A DNA stretch of 64,000 bases from Tubiluchus corallicola (GCA_030141605.1 JAQGDQ010000503.1:4878-68877); one strand, 5' to 3'. Positions 12,029-25,899 are shown, counted from the stretch's first letter. A program made the numbers and translations. The notes: generated by a model not told the origin, from the sequence alone.

Positions 12029-13244
12029 ATAACAGAAGCGCAGGCTGTTGAAAATACTGACGCGTGGAAAAAACTAAAGCACTGAAATATCAACTACACA
12101 TTGTTATGATCCGGCAAATTATGCACTCGTATTTTTTGTAACAACAGAAGCAATACTCGGATCACTTTACAAAACTCCGAAGTGTGGGAGCCACCCGATT
12201 TCAAACTGTGGTAAAAATAAGTATGTCATCAAACTATGCTACGCACATGTTGGAATCAGAAACAAATTCAAATTAAACAAGCCAGCTGAGAAATGATCTC
12301 CTGTTTCATCATTTGACATGCAACGCATGCAATTAAGGGTAATGAGTCGAACTATTTTCATCAAAAAGAAATGTGGTGACTTAATAAAAAAAAAATCTTG
12401 CATTTAATAATTATATTCGTGATAATTTTGGTAATTCTAATAAACGATATAACAGTAAACAATGTTTATATGAGAATACTGCTATGCTGGTGGAGATAGA
12501 GTGCCGAAAGACCAAGAGGTCACCCAGCGGTCACCCCTATTTAAGCAACATTAATTGTATTGTTAATTAGGTGACAATAGTTGCAGCTTTGTGCGAGATT
12601 TATTTAATTTGAAGAAAATATTGCATCGAAATAACAATAAAAATAGTAATAATAACTATGCATCAAATTATCAAAATGGCAAAACATGTTGTATGAATAA
12701 TCTATGTAACATAATTATGTAATACACTAGAAAAAGTTAATTACATCCCTTACAAAATCACATGCAAATTATATTCAATCAATTCAAGGAAATAATAAAA
12801 TATAATGTGATGATAATATTAATAATAAACACGCATCAAAATGCATAATGTTAACAATTGATAACAGTGAAATACGTTGGGAAAAAATTAATTTCATGTA
12901 AAATAAAATCAGATGCAATAATCAAGCAAAAAATGAAATTATAATTACACGAATGTGATCTAAGATATCAAATAAACCATGCGTCAAGATAGTCAAATGC
13001 GTGTATAGAAATAGAGATAGAACATCACAGTACCTTGAGCCCCAGAATTATCAGATATTTTGTTCAATTGCATTGCTGTTTAGCTTTGTTGTAATATTCG
13101 AGCCCTGCTAAAAATGACATCATTATTACGAATGAAAATAAAAATCCGTATAGCAAATTTTAAGTACAAATCTAGTTTATTAGGCCGTTTTAGTTTTCAC
13201 CAGTTAATATTATGCTTGTTTGTTCACCACGTCTTGCTTGTTTA

Positions 13245-13530
13245 GACCAGACGGTTTAGTCTAGTGGTAATGCGTCTGCTTTCCGTCTGGGAGGTCGTGA
13301 GTTCGAACCAGCGGCCGGGTCATACCAAAGACTTTAAAAATGGTACCGCTGTTGCCCTGCCTGACGCGCGTGGTATTTAGGGTAAAAGTGAGGTAATAAT
13401 AGTCTCTGTTATGTAGTTGTAGGTTGTTATTTACAGTCGGCGATAATAGCTCTTTGAGCTAATGTTAATTGTTGACCCAAAAGCCGACCTTAAATAAATG
13501 TTACTATTATTATTATTACTATTATTATTA
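13245..13530 (+). mobile_element. tRNA-derived SINE
   Basis: A-box-like tagtctagtgg, B-box gttcgaacc, central ggtcataccaaagactttaaaaatggtacc domain, AATAAA and (TAT)n tail. Confidence 0.85.
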
Positions 13531-13597
13531 CGTACGCATACTTCTGCAAGCAGCCGGCAGGAGTCGTATTATTCTAAATACTATGCATAATAGATCA

Positions 13598-16500
13598 TAA
13601 GTGGTATCACAGAGAGAGAGAGAGAGAGGAGAAAAAAGAATGCTCATCACGTTTTTCGTACTAAAGCAACATTTTACGTGTATTTCCATTTATTTCTTTT
13701 TGCGCGCGACAGAGGGCAGCAGCTTGCAATCTCATATTTCTTTTTGCGCGCGACAGAGGGCAGCAGCTTGCAATCTCAAAACTTGTAGTCACATGAGTGA
13801 CATGAGTGTCGTGTGTTGTGCACGAGGTGGCAGCAGTAAATTACCTGAAGTCAATGTATTCTCTGAGCAAAAGTCATTATAAAATGTGAGGAATGGAGTA
13901 AAATAAACTTGCGAATCTGACAGATTCTTGAACTTTAATTTTAGAAATTTTTTTGAGAATTTCATATTTTTAAGTGACTGTTATAGTGTTACATTCATTA
14001 AATTGCTTTCTTTGCTTCAATCCCTAATGATGAAGTAAATATTTCAATTAAATTCTCTGCTTCAAATATGACTAAAGGTAGAAACGTCTAAAAAATCAGA
14101 CATTAAGCTGGATTTGAAGCAAAGGCCTCGAAATACAAACTAAAATGATTTAATCTGTAAACTATGCTTGTTTTTTGTGACTAAAGCAGATTTTTAATTT
14201 CTCTATATATATATATATATATATTGCTATATTATAGTGTTATAATATTAAACCAGGTTTTATCCTGGTCTCAAAGTAACTGAGTTGTCTAAGTGTTTAC
14301 GTGATCGTAACTCAAACATTCAATAAAGTGAGAGTGTTTTCTGTAATTCATCAATTATAAACTCGTTCCATTTATAAATTTACAACTTATTTACGTAATT
14401 GTTGAGTAGATTCACATTGTAGTTTCACAAGATAAAACAAGGTACTAGAATAAACTATATAAAAGCAAACAACACTAATTTAGTACCAGCTACAATAAAT
14501 TTAATAATTGTTTAATGTCGTCATTACTACATTGTTATTTTATTGTTACAAAAACAACATATGAAATTAATCACAATGTATATTCGAAAAATATTTACAA
14601 TGTAATACAATTAAAAAATTTTCTCAAATTCTCAATTTTGTTCATTACTCTAAACATCAATATAAATTTTACATTAGACAGAGAACTTTTTTTACACATT
14701 TATTGTAATGTAATAGTGTTCAGTGCCGTCAGCCTCTCTATATGCTGTCCACTATATTCTAACATTATTTAAAATCAGCAGTACCGGAAATCTGCTCTAG
14801 CAGTACAGGAAAAATCTACTTCAGCAGAAACACTTGTAATCCGACCGTCTCATAACACATAGCAGTGAAGGCATAACTTATTCAATTATTTACAATGGTT
14901 CTTCTGAACTTTCTTGCGTTAAATCAGCATCAACAGCGAGTAAGCGCTGAACTAAATACACGTGCCCATTATCAGATGCCAACATGACAGCAGTCTCTCC
15001 ATCGTTGTTACTGATGTTAATATCAGCTCCCCTATCTAGTAAGAGCTGAACTACATTCAAGTACCCTTCAATAGATGCCAACATGAGAGCAGTCTCTCCA
15101 TAGTTGTCACTGATGTTAATATCAGCTCCACTGTCTAGCAAGAGCTGAACTACATTCAAGTGCCCATTAATAGATGCCAACATGAGAGCAGTCTGTCCAT
15201 CGTTGTTACTGATGTTAGTATCAGCTCCACTGTCTAGAAAGAGCTGAACTACATTCCCGTGCCCATTAATAGATGCCCACACGAGAGCAGTCCATCCATC
15301 GTAGTCACTGATGTTAATATCAGCTCCCCTGTCTAGTAAGAGCTGAACTACATTCAAGTGCCCATTAAAAGATGCGAACATGAGAGCAGTCCGTCCATCG
15401 TTGTTAGTGATGTTAATATCAGCTCCCCTATCTAGTAAGAGCTGAACTACATTCCCGTGCCCATTAATAGATGCCCACACGAGAGCAGTCCATCCATCGT
15501 AGTCACTGATGTTAATATCAGCTCCACTGTCTAGCAAGAGCTGAACTACATTCATGTGCCCATAAATAGATGCCAACATGAGAGCAGTCATTCCATCGTA
15601 GTCACTGATGTTAATATCAGCTCCACTATCTAGTAAGAGCTGAACTACATTTACGTGTCCGTTTTCAGATGCCGTCATGAGAGCAGTCCCTCCAACGTTG
15701 TTGCTGATGTTAATATCAGCTCCACTGTCTAGTAAGAGCTGAACTACATTCACGTGCCCATTAAAAGCTGCCAACATGAGAGCAGTCCGTCCATAGTTGT
15801 TACTGATGTTAATATCAGCTCCACTGTCTAGTAAGAGCTGAACTGCATTCAAGTACCCATTAATAGATGCCAACATGAGAGCAGTCCGTCCATAGTTGTC
15901 ACTGATGTTAATATCAGCTCCACTGTCTAGTAAGAGCTGAACTACATTCAAGTGCCCATTAATAGATGCCCACATGAGAGCAGTCCGTCCATACTTGTTA
16001 CTGATGTTAATATCAGCTCCACTATCTAGTAAGAGCTGAACTACATTCACGTGCCCATTAATAGATGCCCACATGAGAGCAGTCCGTCCATCGTTGTCAC
16101 TGATGCTAATATCAGCTCCACTGTCTAGTAAGAGCTGAACTACATTCAAGTGCCCATGAAAAGATGCCAACATGAGAGCAGTCATTCCATCGTAGTCACT
16201 GATGTTAATATCAGCTCCACTATCTAGTAAGAGCTGAACTACATTCACGTGCCCATTAACAGATGCACACCTGAGAGCAGTCTCTCCAAGCGAGTTTCTG
16301 AAGTTGCAGTCAGCACCTTCAGTGAGCAACCGCTGAACTTCATGAATGTCTCCATCTTTAGCTGCTCGAAGTAGTTGTCTATTTAATCCAAATTCTTCTG
16401 CTGTTTTAGAACGACACATTTTTAGATCAATCCTGTTCCCTGATCAGAATCGTGACATGCTATTCGCCTAAGTGCAGTATTCCTACAGGATAAACCTGAC

Positions 16501-16638
16501 AGCACCACCTATAGATAATGAAAGACAATTATTTTATTTTGAAAGACATTGTTGTAATATGCTTTATTTTATAGTCTGGGTGTTTAATATTTTTAATAAT
16601 TTTGAAATCATTGCTTAGGAAATTGATTCAAATCAAAC
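13598..16638. repeat. Segmental duplication copy A (ankyrin gene plus flanks); copy B at 28752-31753
   Basis: Collinear high similarity from the GA tract through the 3' flank, the ORF and the upstream acceptor to aattgattcaaatcaaaca. Confidence 0.95.
14890..16419 (-). CDS. Stand-alone ankyrin-repeat protein A (509 aa; N-cap + 13 internal 33-aa repeats + C-cap)
   Basis: Intact ORF, consensus GxTALMxASxxGHxNVVQLLLDSGADINISxxx; in-frame stop shortly upstream of the ATG; conserved acceptor ctatag| at 16509 suggests a spliced 5'UTR. Confidence 0.95.
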   Translation of the reverse strand: MCRSKTAEEFGLNRQLLRAAKDGDIHEVQRLLTEGADCNFRNSLGETALRCASVNGHVNVVQLLLDSGADINISDYDGMTALMLASFHGHLNVVQLLLDSGADISISDNDGRTALMWASINGHVNVVQLLLDSGADINISNKYGRTALMWASINGHLNVVQLLLDSGADINISDNYGRTALMLASINGYLNAVQLLLDSGADINISNNYGRTALMLAAFNGHVNVVQLLLDSGADINISNNVGGTALMTASENGHVNVVQLLLDSGADINISDYDGMTALMLASIYGHMNVVQLLLDSGADINISDYDGWTALVWASINGHGNVVQLLLDRGADINITNNDGRTALMFASFNGHLNVVQLLLDRGADINISDYDGWTALVWASINGHGNVVQLFLDSGADTNISNNDGQTALMLASINGHLNVVQLLLDSGADINISDNYGETALMLASIEGYLNVVQLLLDRGADINISNNDGETAVMLASDNGHVYLVQRLLAVDADLTQESSEEPL

Positions 16639-19600
16639 AAGAAACCCGTAATGACAACGTAAAATAAACAGAGAAATCATTCAATCAACTCTCAATATTT
16701 CACTTTCATTTCACCTCTTTATTTGCATCTTACGCTGATATTACAAAGTTATTAAGATTCACATAGACAAGTTAATCTTTGTACAAACGTCGCTATTGTT
16801 TCTGGGAAGGAAGCTATTTGTAGCCATGACATTTCTTAAAATTTGTTCTTTGTTGACATAAAGAGTCACGTGTATTAAGAAATGTCATGACTACAAATGG
16901 CTACAAGTATCAATTAAACACGTGGGACAGTATGAACACAATGATATGATATGTATATCTAATCACCATTATTTGTGACTGTTAAATAATTTCTGACCCA
17001 TTAATAAAAAAATAATTGTTTTATAGATTATGTATCTGTCTTGATCTAGACACTTGGTTACTTAAGTAAGATCTTTGATAATGTAATGTGCGGCTTGTGG
17101 ATGTAGCTTTGTTAAAAGCATAAACTTTGCATAATCTAAAAATTAAGAACAATAGATGAAATCTAGTCTGAGCTCAGTTATTCAATTTGACAATTTGTCT
17201 GCAGGTGAAGCCAAAATGGGTTTTATACGGCATTCCATTTGCAGAAGTACAGGGTGGGTCGAAATTAATGCTACATTTTTGTGAACAGTAAAACACTGAA
17301 AGACAGGAAATACAATAAGCAAAAAATTGGGTTATGACGGAATTTTCAAATTCTACCAATACAAAGTTGAAGTTTGATTTAAATTTGATGCAAGCTATAA
17401 ATGCAAATAATTTTAAATAATAGATATGATGATGATGGTCTTATTAATAATAATGATGATAATGATGATGGTGACGACGATGATGATAATAATAATAATA
17501 ATAATAGCAATAACAAAAATAATAACAAATAAAACAAAGTAAATATTAACACAAACTGCATAATGCCTGAAAGATTTTCTGTGTTATTACCTAGTTTAGA
17601 ACCACCATCAAATTTCAGCAAAAATGTCATAAACAGACAGATGTGAAAAAGGGACGATTTTTTTTTATCTGTAATCAATATTTACTTACTCCCAGAAAGA
17701 ATTGAACTACTAAATCACAAATGACAATTTTTCAAGTTTGTTCATCACTTTTTAACAACTTACCAAATGTAACTTGACAGAGTTGAGAGAGAAAGAAAAA
17801 GCTCAATGATGACGAGTAATTCACAACTGACAAAACAACCTAAAAAACAAAGAAAAAAATCACAATTGAATCTTGACTGTAAGAAATCATAGTGATTTTT
17901 GACAATTTCTGAATCATTTCTAAATGCAAAAACGTGTGATTGGTTAATGATAACTCAGTTATCTCTTACTGTTTATTAAAACGGTAACAAAACATAATTT
18001 TTTCAAAACTTCTTCTTCTTTGTTAAGTGCACTTTATTTTCAAAATGCAGCAAATAAAACTTTCTTTTTAAGTCTTAGTTGTCTGTTGTTCTGATAACCA
18101 AAACAATGAAAAATTTTATTTCAAATTTAAATGCAGTACTTTTAAATAACCAAGACTACATCTCACTCGTGACTTGTCAGTATGTTGGTATCTCAGCAGA
18201 AGAGAAACTGCCGTGAAGAAGTGGCGTACGATTTTAGATGCTCATAGTTGAGCAACCTGGAATTGCATTGTAACAGATGGGTGACTGCAGTAAACTGATT
18301 TTTGGAGTTTATGCTTGTGACGCTGTCTCTAGTAATAAAGCTTAGGCACTAAAGGTGAGTGTAATAAAAATATGAAGGTCTTGTTGCTGAAATTGTGTCT
18401 AGATATTTACCTTGGTGGTTAAAGGTGAATATACTTAAAAAACTGCAAATTCAATTTAAGAGAATTGTCCTAGATAAAACGTCTTGACAATTACATAAAA
18501 CCCATTTTCTAGTGAAAGCTGATTTTAACTTACTGAGTACCAGACAAAGTCACTAGATAAAAATTACATAAAGAATTATAATTGCCGAAAAATACAAAAA
18601 TTGTCAGTTTTCGAACTTTTCTTGTGAATGGTACTTAAGTATCTTACCTGATGTAAATTGTTTAATGTTTAGCTGACAGCAGACCAACTCCAAGGCAACC
18701 AGTTTATGCAGGATGAGGAATTCAGAATTAGGAAAGAGCCTGGAAAGGATACAACAATAATTACAATCAGTTTGCACATCCAAACATGTGTGCTGCAGTA
18801 TATTCAAGAATGTTACTTCAGTTGGAACCAGGAACAACATAGTAGAAAACCTTTTAATAAACGTTCTATGGTCAGTAATCGTTCAGTAATTAATTATCAA
18901 TTTCCGTATTTGTAGAACAAAATCAAGTTGTTAAGCGCCTTGTCGAAAAGAAAGAGAATGATAATCAATTAATGAGTAATCAACACTAAATAAAAATGCC
19001 ACTAAAATTTTGAAAAAAAAATAGTTGAAAGAACGCCACTTTTATGATGGAGTCACAGAATTAATGAAGTTTTTGTGTCATTTACTTGAGTAGGAAGAAA
19101 AAATGCCAGTTTCTATACTAAATGTATTTTTATAGATGTATTTTCTATATGGTTTCAAAAACACCCTGATACAAGTTGGTGCAGTAAAAACGTGCCACCA
19201 AAACAAACTCGTAATATTTCACTATGGAACACGCATTCAAAATAGTAATACAGACAATCTTATAGCATAGTTTTTTTCCAAAGCAAATTCCCCAAGACCC
19301 TTACAAACCTGCTAAGTGCCATTAGAAGATTTTTTTATATACTGTGTTCATCACATTTACAGTACCTCATTCACTGCATTTAAAATGTACTAAAATTACT
19401 CCAAAAACGTGGTAGAACGAGACGTTAAAGCAGGAAAAAGATGCAAAAGGAATCTTACAAAATGTACCTATTATCATTAAACGATACCAACGGAAATTAA
19501 AAAATCGAAATTTTTTAAGTGTCAGTGAATTCTCATAATTCTCATAATTATGTGGACGGATCCACATAATTGAACAGCTAGAAGGAATGCAAAGCAAAGC

Positions 19601-20109
19601 CAAAATGTTCTAATATAGGGTTGTCCAGACCAAACTAATTTGCAACTTTTCACATTAGTAGAGGCATTTGGAGGCACACAATATCGCGCATCTCACCTTT
19701 ACAAAATTATAAATTTTTACCAAAGACCAACACAAAGAGCAGTTGAGTTTTTTCTATTTATCAGTTCACAGTTCAGAATCATTTTACTGGTTTTAAAACT
19801 TGCCAAAATTTGCTCCAAAATGGCGTTCGTTAGGAGGTTGAATCAGGAAAAAGATTCATAAGATTCAAAAGAAGCAGCAAATCAACTTGATATTAGTAAC
19901 TGATATTTATTCATCTCAAAGGAAAAAACGATAATCATTTAATAACTAATTACAAAAAACTAAATTAATAGCCATTAAATAAACCTCCAAAATGAAAATC
20001 TAGCCATATTTAAATTTGCAATTTTAATTAAGATAGAGAACTGCCCTAAATTACACATTCACATGCGTTATCTTAAATTATTTCATTCAAAGGTGCTACA
20101 ATAAATTCG

Positions 20110-21190
20110 TGATACCTTAAATCTATGCATAAAAAAATGCTGCCCTAAATCTATGCATCCAAATGTGCTGCCCTAGATCTACACATCCAAATGTGCTGCC
20201 CTAAATCTACACATCCAAATGTGCTGCCCTGAATTTATGCCTCCAAATGTGATACCCTAATTCTATGCATCCAAATGGGCTGCCCTAAATCTACACATCC
20301 AAATGTGCTGCCCTAAATCTATGCATACAAATGTGCTGCCCTAAATCTATGCATCCAAATGTGCTGCCCTAAATCTACACATCCAAATGTGCTGCCCTAA
20401 ATCTACACATCCAAATGTGCTGCCCTAAATCTACACATCCAAATGTGCTGCCCTAAATCTACACATCCAAATGTGCTGCCCTAAATCTACACATCCAAAT
20501 GTACTGCCCTAAATCTACACATCCAAATGTGCTGCCCTAAATCTATGCATACAAATGTGCTGCCCTAAATCTACACATCCAAATGTGCTGCCCTAAATCT
20601 ACACATCCAAATGTGCTGCCCTAAATCTACACATCCAAATGTGCTGCCCTAATTCTACACATCCAAATGTGCTGCCCTAAGCCATATATACATGTGTTAT
20701 CTTAAATTATTTCACTCAAAGGTGCAATTCAAAATTCGTGATACCTTAAATCTATGTATAAAAATATGCTGCCCTAATTCAATACATCCAAATGTGCTGC
20801 CCTAAATTTACACATCCAAATGTGCTGCCCTGAATTTATGCCTCCAAATGTGATACCCTAATTCTATGCATCCAAATGGGCTGCCCTAAATCTACACATC
20901 CAAATGTGCTGCCCTAAATCTATGCATACAAATGTGCTGCCCTAAATCTACACATCCAAATGTGCTGCCCTAAATCTACACATCCAAATGTGCTGCCCTA
21001 AATCTACACATCCAAATGTGCTGCCCTAAATCTACACATCCAAATGTGCTGCCCTAAATCTACACATCCAAATGTGCTGCCCTAAATCTACACATCAAAA
21101 TGTGCTGCCCTAAATTCATGCATCCAAATGATGTACCCTAAATCTATCCACCCAATGTGCTGCCCTAAATTTGTGCATCCAAATTCGCTT
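20110..21190. repeat. 28-bp minisatellite (catccaaatgtgctgccctaaatctaca) with a higher-order duplication
   Basis: Visible array; block about 20060-20350 is repeated at about 20690-20950. Confidence 0.96.
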
Positions 21191-23449
21191 AAGGTTTAAG
21201 GGTACAAATAGTTTTCTTACTAACCAATATAGTGACCTGCTTAAGGAAAATGCACGTGCATTGCACAGAATTACTAAAAGTATTATTGCTGGTCGTATTT
21301 AATTCGTGAAAAAGTTGCATGTTAATTCCATAGTTAAGAAAAATCCTCTAACATGAGACAATAAACTGAAAAAGGTATTTTGACCACGTTTGGTTTTATT
21401 TGCATTTACTCTCAGCAAGATAAACAGATTCCTAACCAGGCTGGAAATTGCTTAACTTCAGCCTTTATTAACTATGACCACTGAGAAAATCTCTTTGAAA
21501 AACCAGGGAAGTCTTATCAAGTCTTATTTTATCTCCAAGTAAAATCCCATTTTCAGTCAGCATTTAAATACACAAAACTTAATTAAAACCTATTGGTAAA
21601 ACTTCCAACAATGTAAATTCCTTTTAAAAATAATGACATCGGATTTTTTGCAAGGTACCAAGATGCACTTATTCAAGATCACATACTGCAACGAAGTCAT
21701 GCATATAAAAAAGCTGCCCTAAGTGCATACATTCAGATGTTCTACCCTAAATTCAAAAATTCAAGGGTGCTACTCTAAACTCAGGCACGTAGGTGTGCTG
21801 TCCAAATTTATTTACTAAAAAATGCCGGACCTAAGCCGTGTATGCAAACGTGATGACCTAAATTTATGAATTTAAATGTAATGTCATAAATTTATGCATT
21901 CAACGGTATAATGAAAATCCATGTGCTGCCCTAAATTCATGCAATGAAATTCATGCTGACACAACTATCCATTTTCAAGAGTGTAACCTTTCCTGAGTGT
22001 TATCAAATTCTTGCAATCATAAGTGTGGTGCTGAACCCTTATGTCTAATATGGTTGCTTCAACATATCTGCCTTTTTAACTACCAATACATGGTCAATAA
22101 TCAGTCAATAATTAGTAATAAAAAAATGTAAAACAAAGTTTATAAACTGAATTCTTATATTGTGAAAAACAGCAACAACACAAAAAACTGACAATTTTTG
22201 GGCAAACTTCTTTTACTTACTTGTGAGATGAAACTTGTGAAGCTGAACGTAACCTTGACAACAATTCACTAATCGCCAGTAATGATAAAAAAACCCTGAA
22301 ACGCAAGAACTAATATTTAGACATAATAAACAATAAGCACTGTAATAGGCCTAGAGGAACAAGGCGTCTTCCTAATACCCAATTTGGAAAAAGGCAGTTA
22401 AACAAACATGCATTGTTATTTTAAAATGATAGAGAAATGAATGAAAAGAAATAAAAAATGACGATTTAATATTTTATTTGTAACAATTATTTTACTATAA
22501 AAACCAACGAATGCAATAAATCATAAACGACGCTTTTATCAAGTTCGTGTATCTTTATTCAACAACTTACCAGATGTAACTTGATGCTGACAGACTTGAC
22601 AGTGAGAAGAACAGCTCAGCAACGATTTAGTAAAAGAGCCTAAAGTATAAAAAAACAATCATAAAAGAGAATAAACTCAAATTTTCGACTCATTTAAATC
22701 ATGGTGATTTTGATTTTATTTGATTTTTTTTCTGATGATAAAAAATAAGAATGATTAATAAAAACTCAGTTATCTATTACTTGATTACTAATGTGGTTCT
22801 TTGAATATTATACAAACAAGATTAGAATGAGGTCAAAATTGTTCAAATACAAATTTAAAGTTGACATTTTATTGTAATTCGTTGTTAAATTTAGATAATT
22901 TCTAATAACAATAATAATGATGATGATAATAATGATGATTATTACGAGCAATTTTCCTTGATGAAACATTAAGATGACAAAGGCTTGTTCAGCGTGTCTC
23001 TCAGTAATTAAACACACAAAAGCTAAATCGATAGCTATTTGTGAAGCCTTCACAAAATGCAAAATTTCTAAAAATAATTTAAACTTTTCTTATTTTATGT
23101 ATGCAACTACTTAGCAGGGGTAACTTGTGCCCCCATGAAGGTGATGACAGAACAAACTGAAACCAAATAAATAATGACAAGTTATTTTGACATTTGCATG
23201 AAGAGTACTGCCCAGATGCATTTACTGAAGAAAAAGATCAATCAATCAATCAATCAATTCCAGATCAAAATCCATGCATCCAAAAATGCTGTCCCAAATT
23301 CATGTATTCAAGAAACTGACCCGAATCCACATATTCAGGAGTGCTACTTTGAAACCATACATTCAAAAGTGTGACCTAATCTATGCATTGATAAATGATG
23401 TCGTGAACCCGTTTGTATAAGCAGGATCTGCTGCAATAGATTCAATTAT

Positions 23450-24090
23450 TATGAAATGCTGCCTAAATTCAAGAATTCTAAAAATGCTGCCATAAATTTA
23501 AGCATTCTGAAAAGCCTCCGTAAATTCAAGTATTCTGAGATGCTGCAATAAATTCAAGTATTCTGAAAAGCCTCAGTAAATTCAAGTATTCTGAGATGCT
23601 GCCATAAATTCAAGTATTCTGAGATGCTGCAATAAATTCAAGTATTCTGAGATGCTTCAATAAATTCAAGTATTCTGAAATGCTGCAATAAATTCAACAA
23701 TTCTGAAACGCTGCAATAAATTCAAGTATTCTGAGATGCTTCAATAAATTCAAGTATTCTGAAACGCTGCAATAAATTCAAGTATTCTGAAATGCTTCAA
23801 TAAATTCAAGTATTCTGAAACGCTGCAATAAATTCAAGTATTCTGAAATGGCACAATAAATTCAAGTATTCTGAAATGGCACAATAAATTCAAGTATTCT
23901 GAGATGCTTCAATAAATTCAAGTATTCTGAGATGCTGCAAAAAATTTAAATATTCTGAGATGCTTCAATAAATTCAAGTATTCTGAAATGCTGCAATAAA
24001 TTCAAGTATTCTGAAACGCTGCAATAAATTCAAGTATTCTGATATGCTGCCCTAAGACTAAGTATTCTGAAATGCTTCAATAATTTCAAG
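23450..24090. repeat. 28-bp minisatellite (aataaattcaagtattctgaaatgctgc)
   Basis: Visible array. Confidence 0.96.
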
Positions 24091-25899
24091 CACTCAAGTT
24101 TGGCTTCATAAGTTAGCCCTTCTTTTAAAAAAGTTCCACTAAATTCATTTTCTAACAACATTAAAAAGTTAAAACAAAAATGAAGAATCAACTAGTGACT
24201 TACTAGCAAATCAATTACAATAAAAAGATTTAAAATGACAGCATGACACAAAAATGAGTGTAGAAAAACGACAAGAAATTAAATTATTATCCAATAGTAA
24301 GAAACAGTCAATAAATGTGAATAAACATTTAATAACTGGCTTCAAATATCATGTCTGTTTCTTGTGTTTTGATATTAAGCAGTCTTTCATCAGGCTAAAT
24401 TACAAACATTACCTGGTAATCAGGTATTTGCTGAATTGAAGAATATATAACACATCAAATCCAACAATTTAATTTGCAGCCGTTAATAATTTTATAATAT
24501 AATATAATAATTTTATAATTTGTGGTGAATATTTTAATTTAAGGATACAGACCTTCAGTCTGACATGTTGATGTTTTAAAGATTAAATCACCTTTTCATT
24601 GATCTATAATAAACCTAAAAAGTATTAATTTCAAAACTTACTTTTTCTCTGTCTTTTTTCTTTCTTCTTCAAGTGTAACTCTTTTTGTCTAGAATTCTTA
24701 ATAGTTCTTACAACGTGTGGACTCAGCTTTTATAGTTCACAGTTGCGGGGGGAGTTTTACTTTGAACTAGTTAGAGCTGGTTCAATCTGCCCTACACCCA
24801 TCCTTGATTTGTCTGCAAATAAATTGACATCGCTTACATATTAGAAGGGCTATAAATGTCGATTCTGCTAGCTCAGTTATTAAATATTTTTTATTGTGAA
24901 TTTATAAAGCTTACTGTACACGTAAAATAGGATCTAATGACGTTGTAAGTGCAAAAGTTTAACCAAAAATTCAAACGAAATGTATAAAAGAAGATATCAA
25001 ACACTGTATTTGAGTAAATAAACTATTTCGCTAATAACATGCAAAAATGAAAAAGTCATTAAATTGCCACAGTATTGAGGTATGGTGATATGCTGTACGA
25101 ATGAAATGCTGATATAAAATTGTATGTTTCAGCAAAGATTTACAATATTTTGCTTTACCTGGCAATCGTGGTAAATATGAACTAAATAGTTTTAGGAAGT
25201 GTTGTACAGTTGAAACACCAAGTGAAACGTCAGTTATAACGTTGCTTTTTTTGCAGAAACGGTGCCTTATGCTGACGTAGTAAACGACTATAGCATTGTT
25301 TTAATATAAGGGTTTTTGTAGAGACTTTTGTACAAGTGAAAAAAATCATACTTGCATGTATCTGAGCATAAATAGAAATTATTCATGGCGGAATAAACAC
25401 ACAATTGTTAAAACAGATTTTATAAAAAAATGAACATGTGAAAAAACTAGGCACATCTGGATTAGAACCAAAGACCTCTCACACAATTAGAAATCGTTAA
25501 CAAATTTTGGAAATGCTGAATTCAACACGCCATTTGATGAGCCTATGCATTAGTCATTAATGAAATGAACATTTGTTAAGAAATACTACAAAAAAGACTA
25601 AGCAGAATGTTCGTGCATCGTATATTATATGTAATCTTACGAGCAAAATATTTCCAAATCAAGGTCTGACATGAAGGGAATAAAAATACACAGTTTTTAA
25701 GGTTGATTTTTTGAACTGTGTTCATTAATTAACAGTGGGCGATTGCTTCCAGTTCTTATTCCTTCTGGAAGTACCAAGCTTTGAGTTTTCTTGTATTTTC
25801 ATCTTATTCACTGTTGTCATTTTTCTACATATTTTATGGTTCATCATAAAGTTAGTCATATTTTCTGAAGATTTATATTATCTCTAAGGTTATTTGTTG

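Noticed and set aside
13245-13320. tRNA gene
   Set aside because: No convincing acceptor stem; continues into a SINE body and simple-repeat tail
14890-16419. Bacterial or endosymbiont contamination or HGT origin of the intronless ankyrin genes
   Set aside because: Embedded in host repeats with a conserved upstream splice acceptor; no bacterial neighbours; ancient HGT cannot be tested without a search
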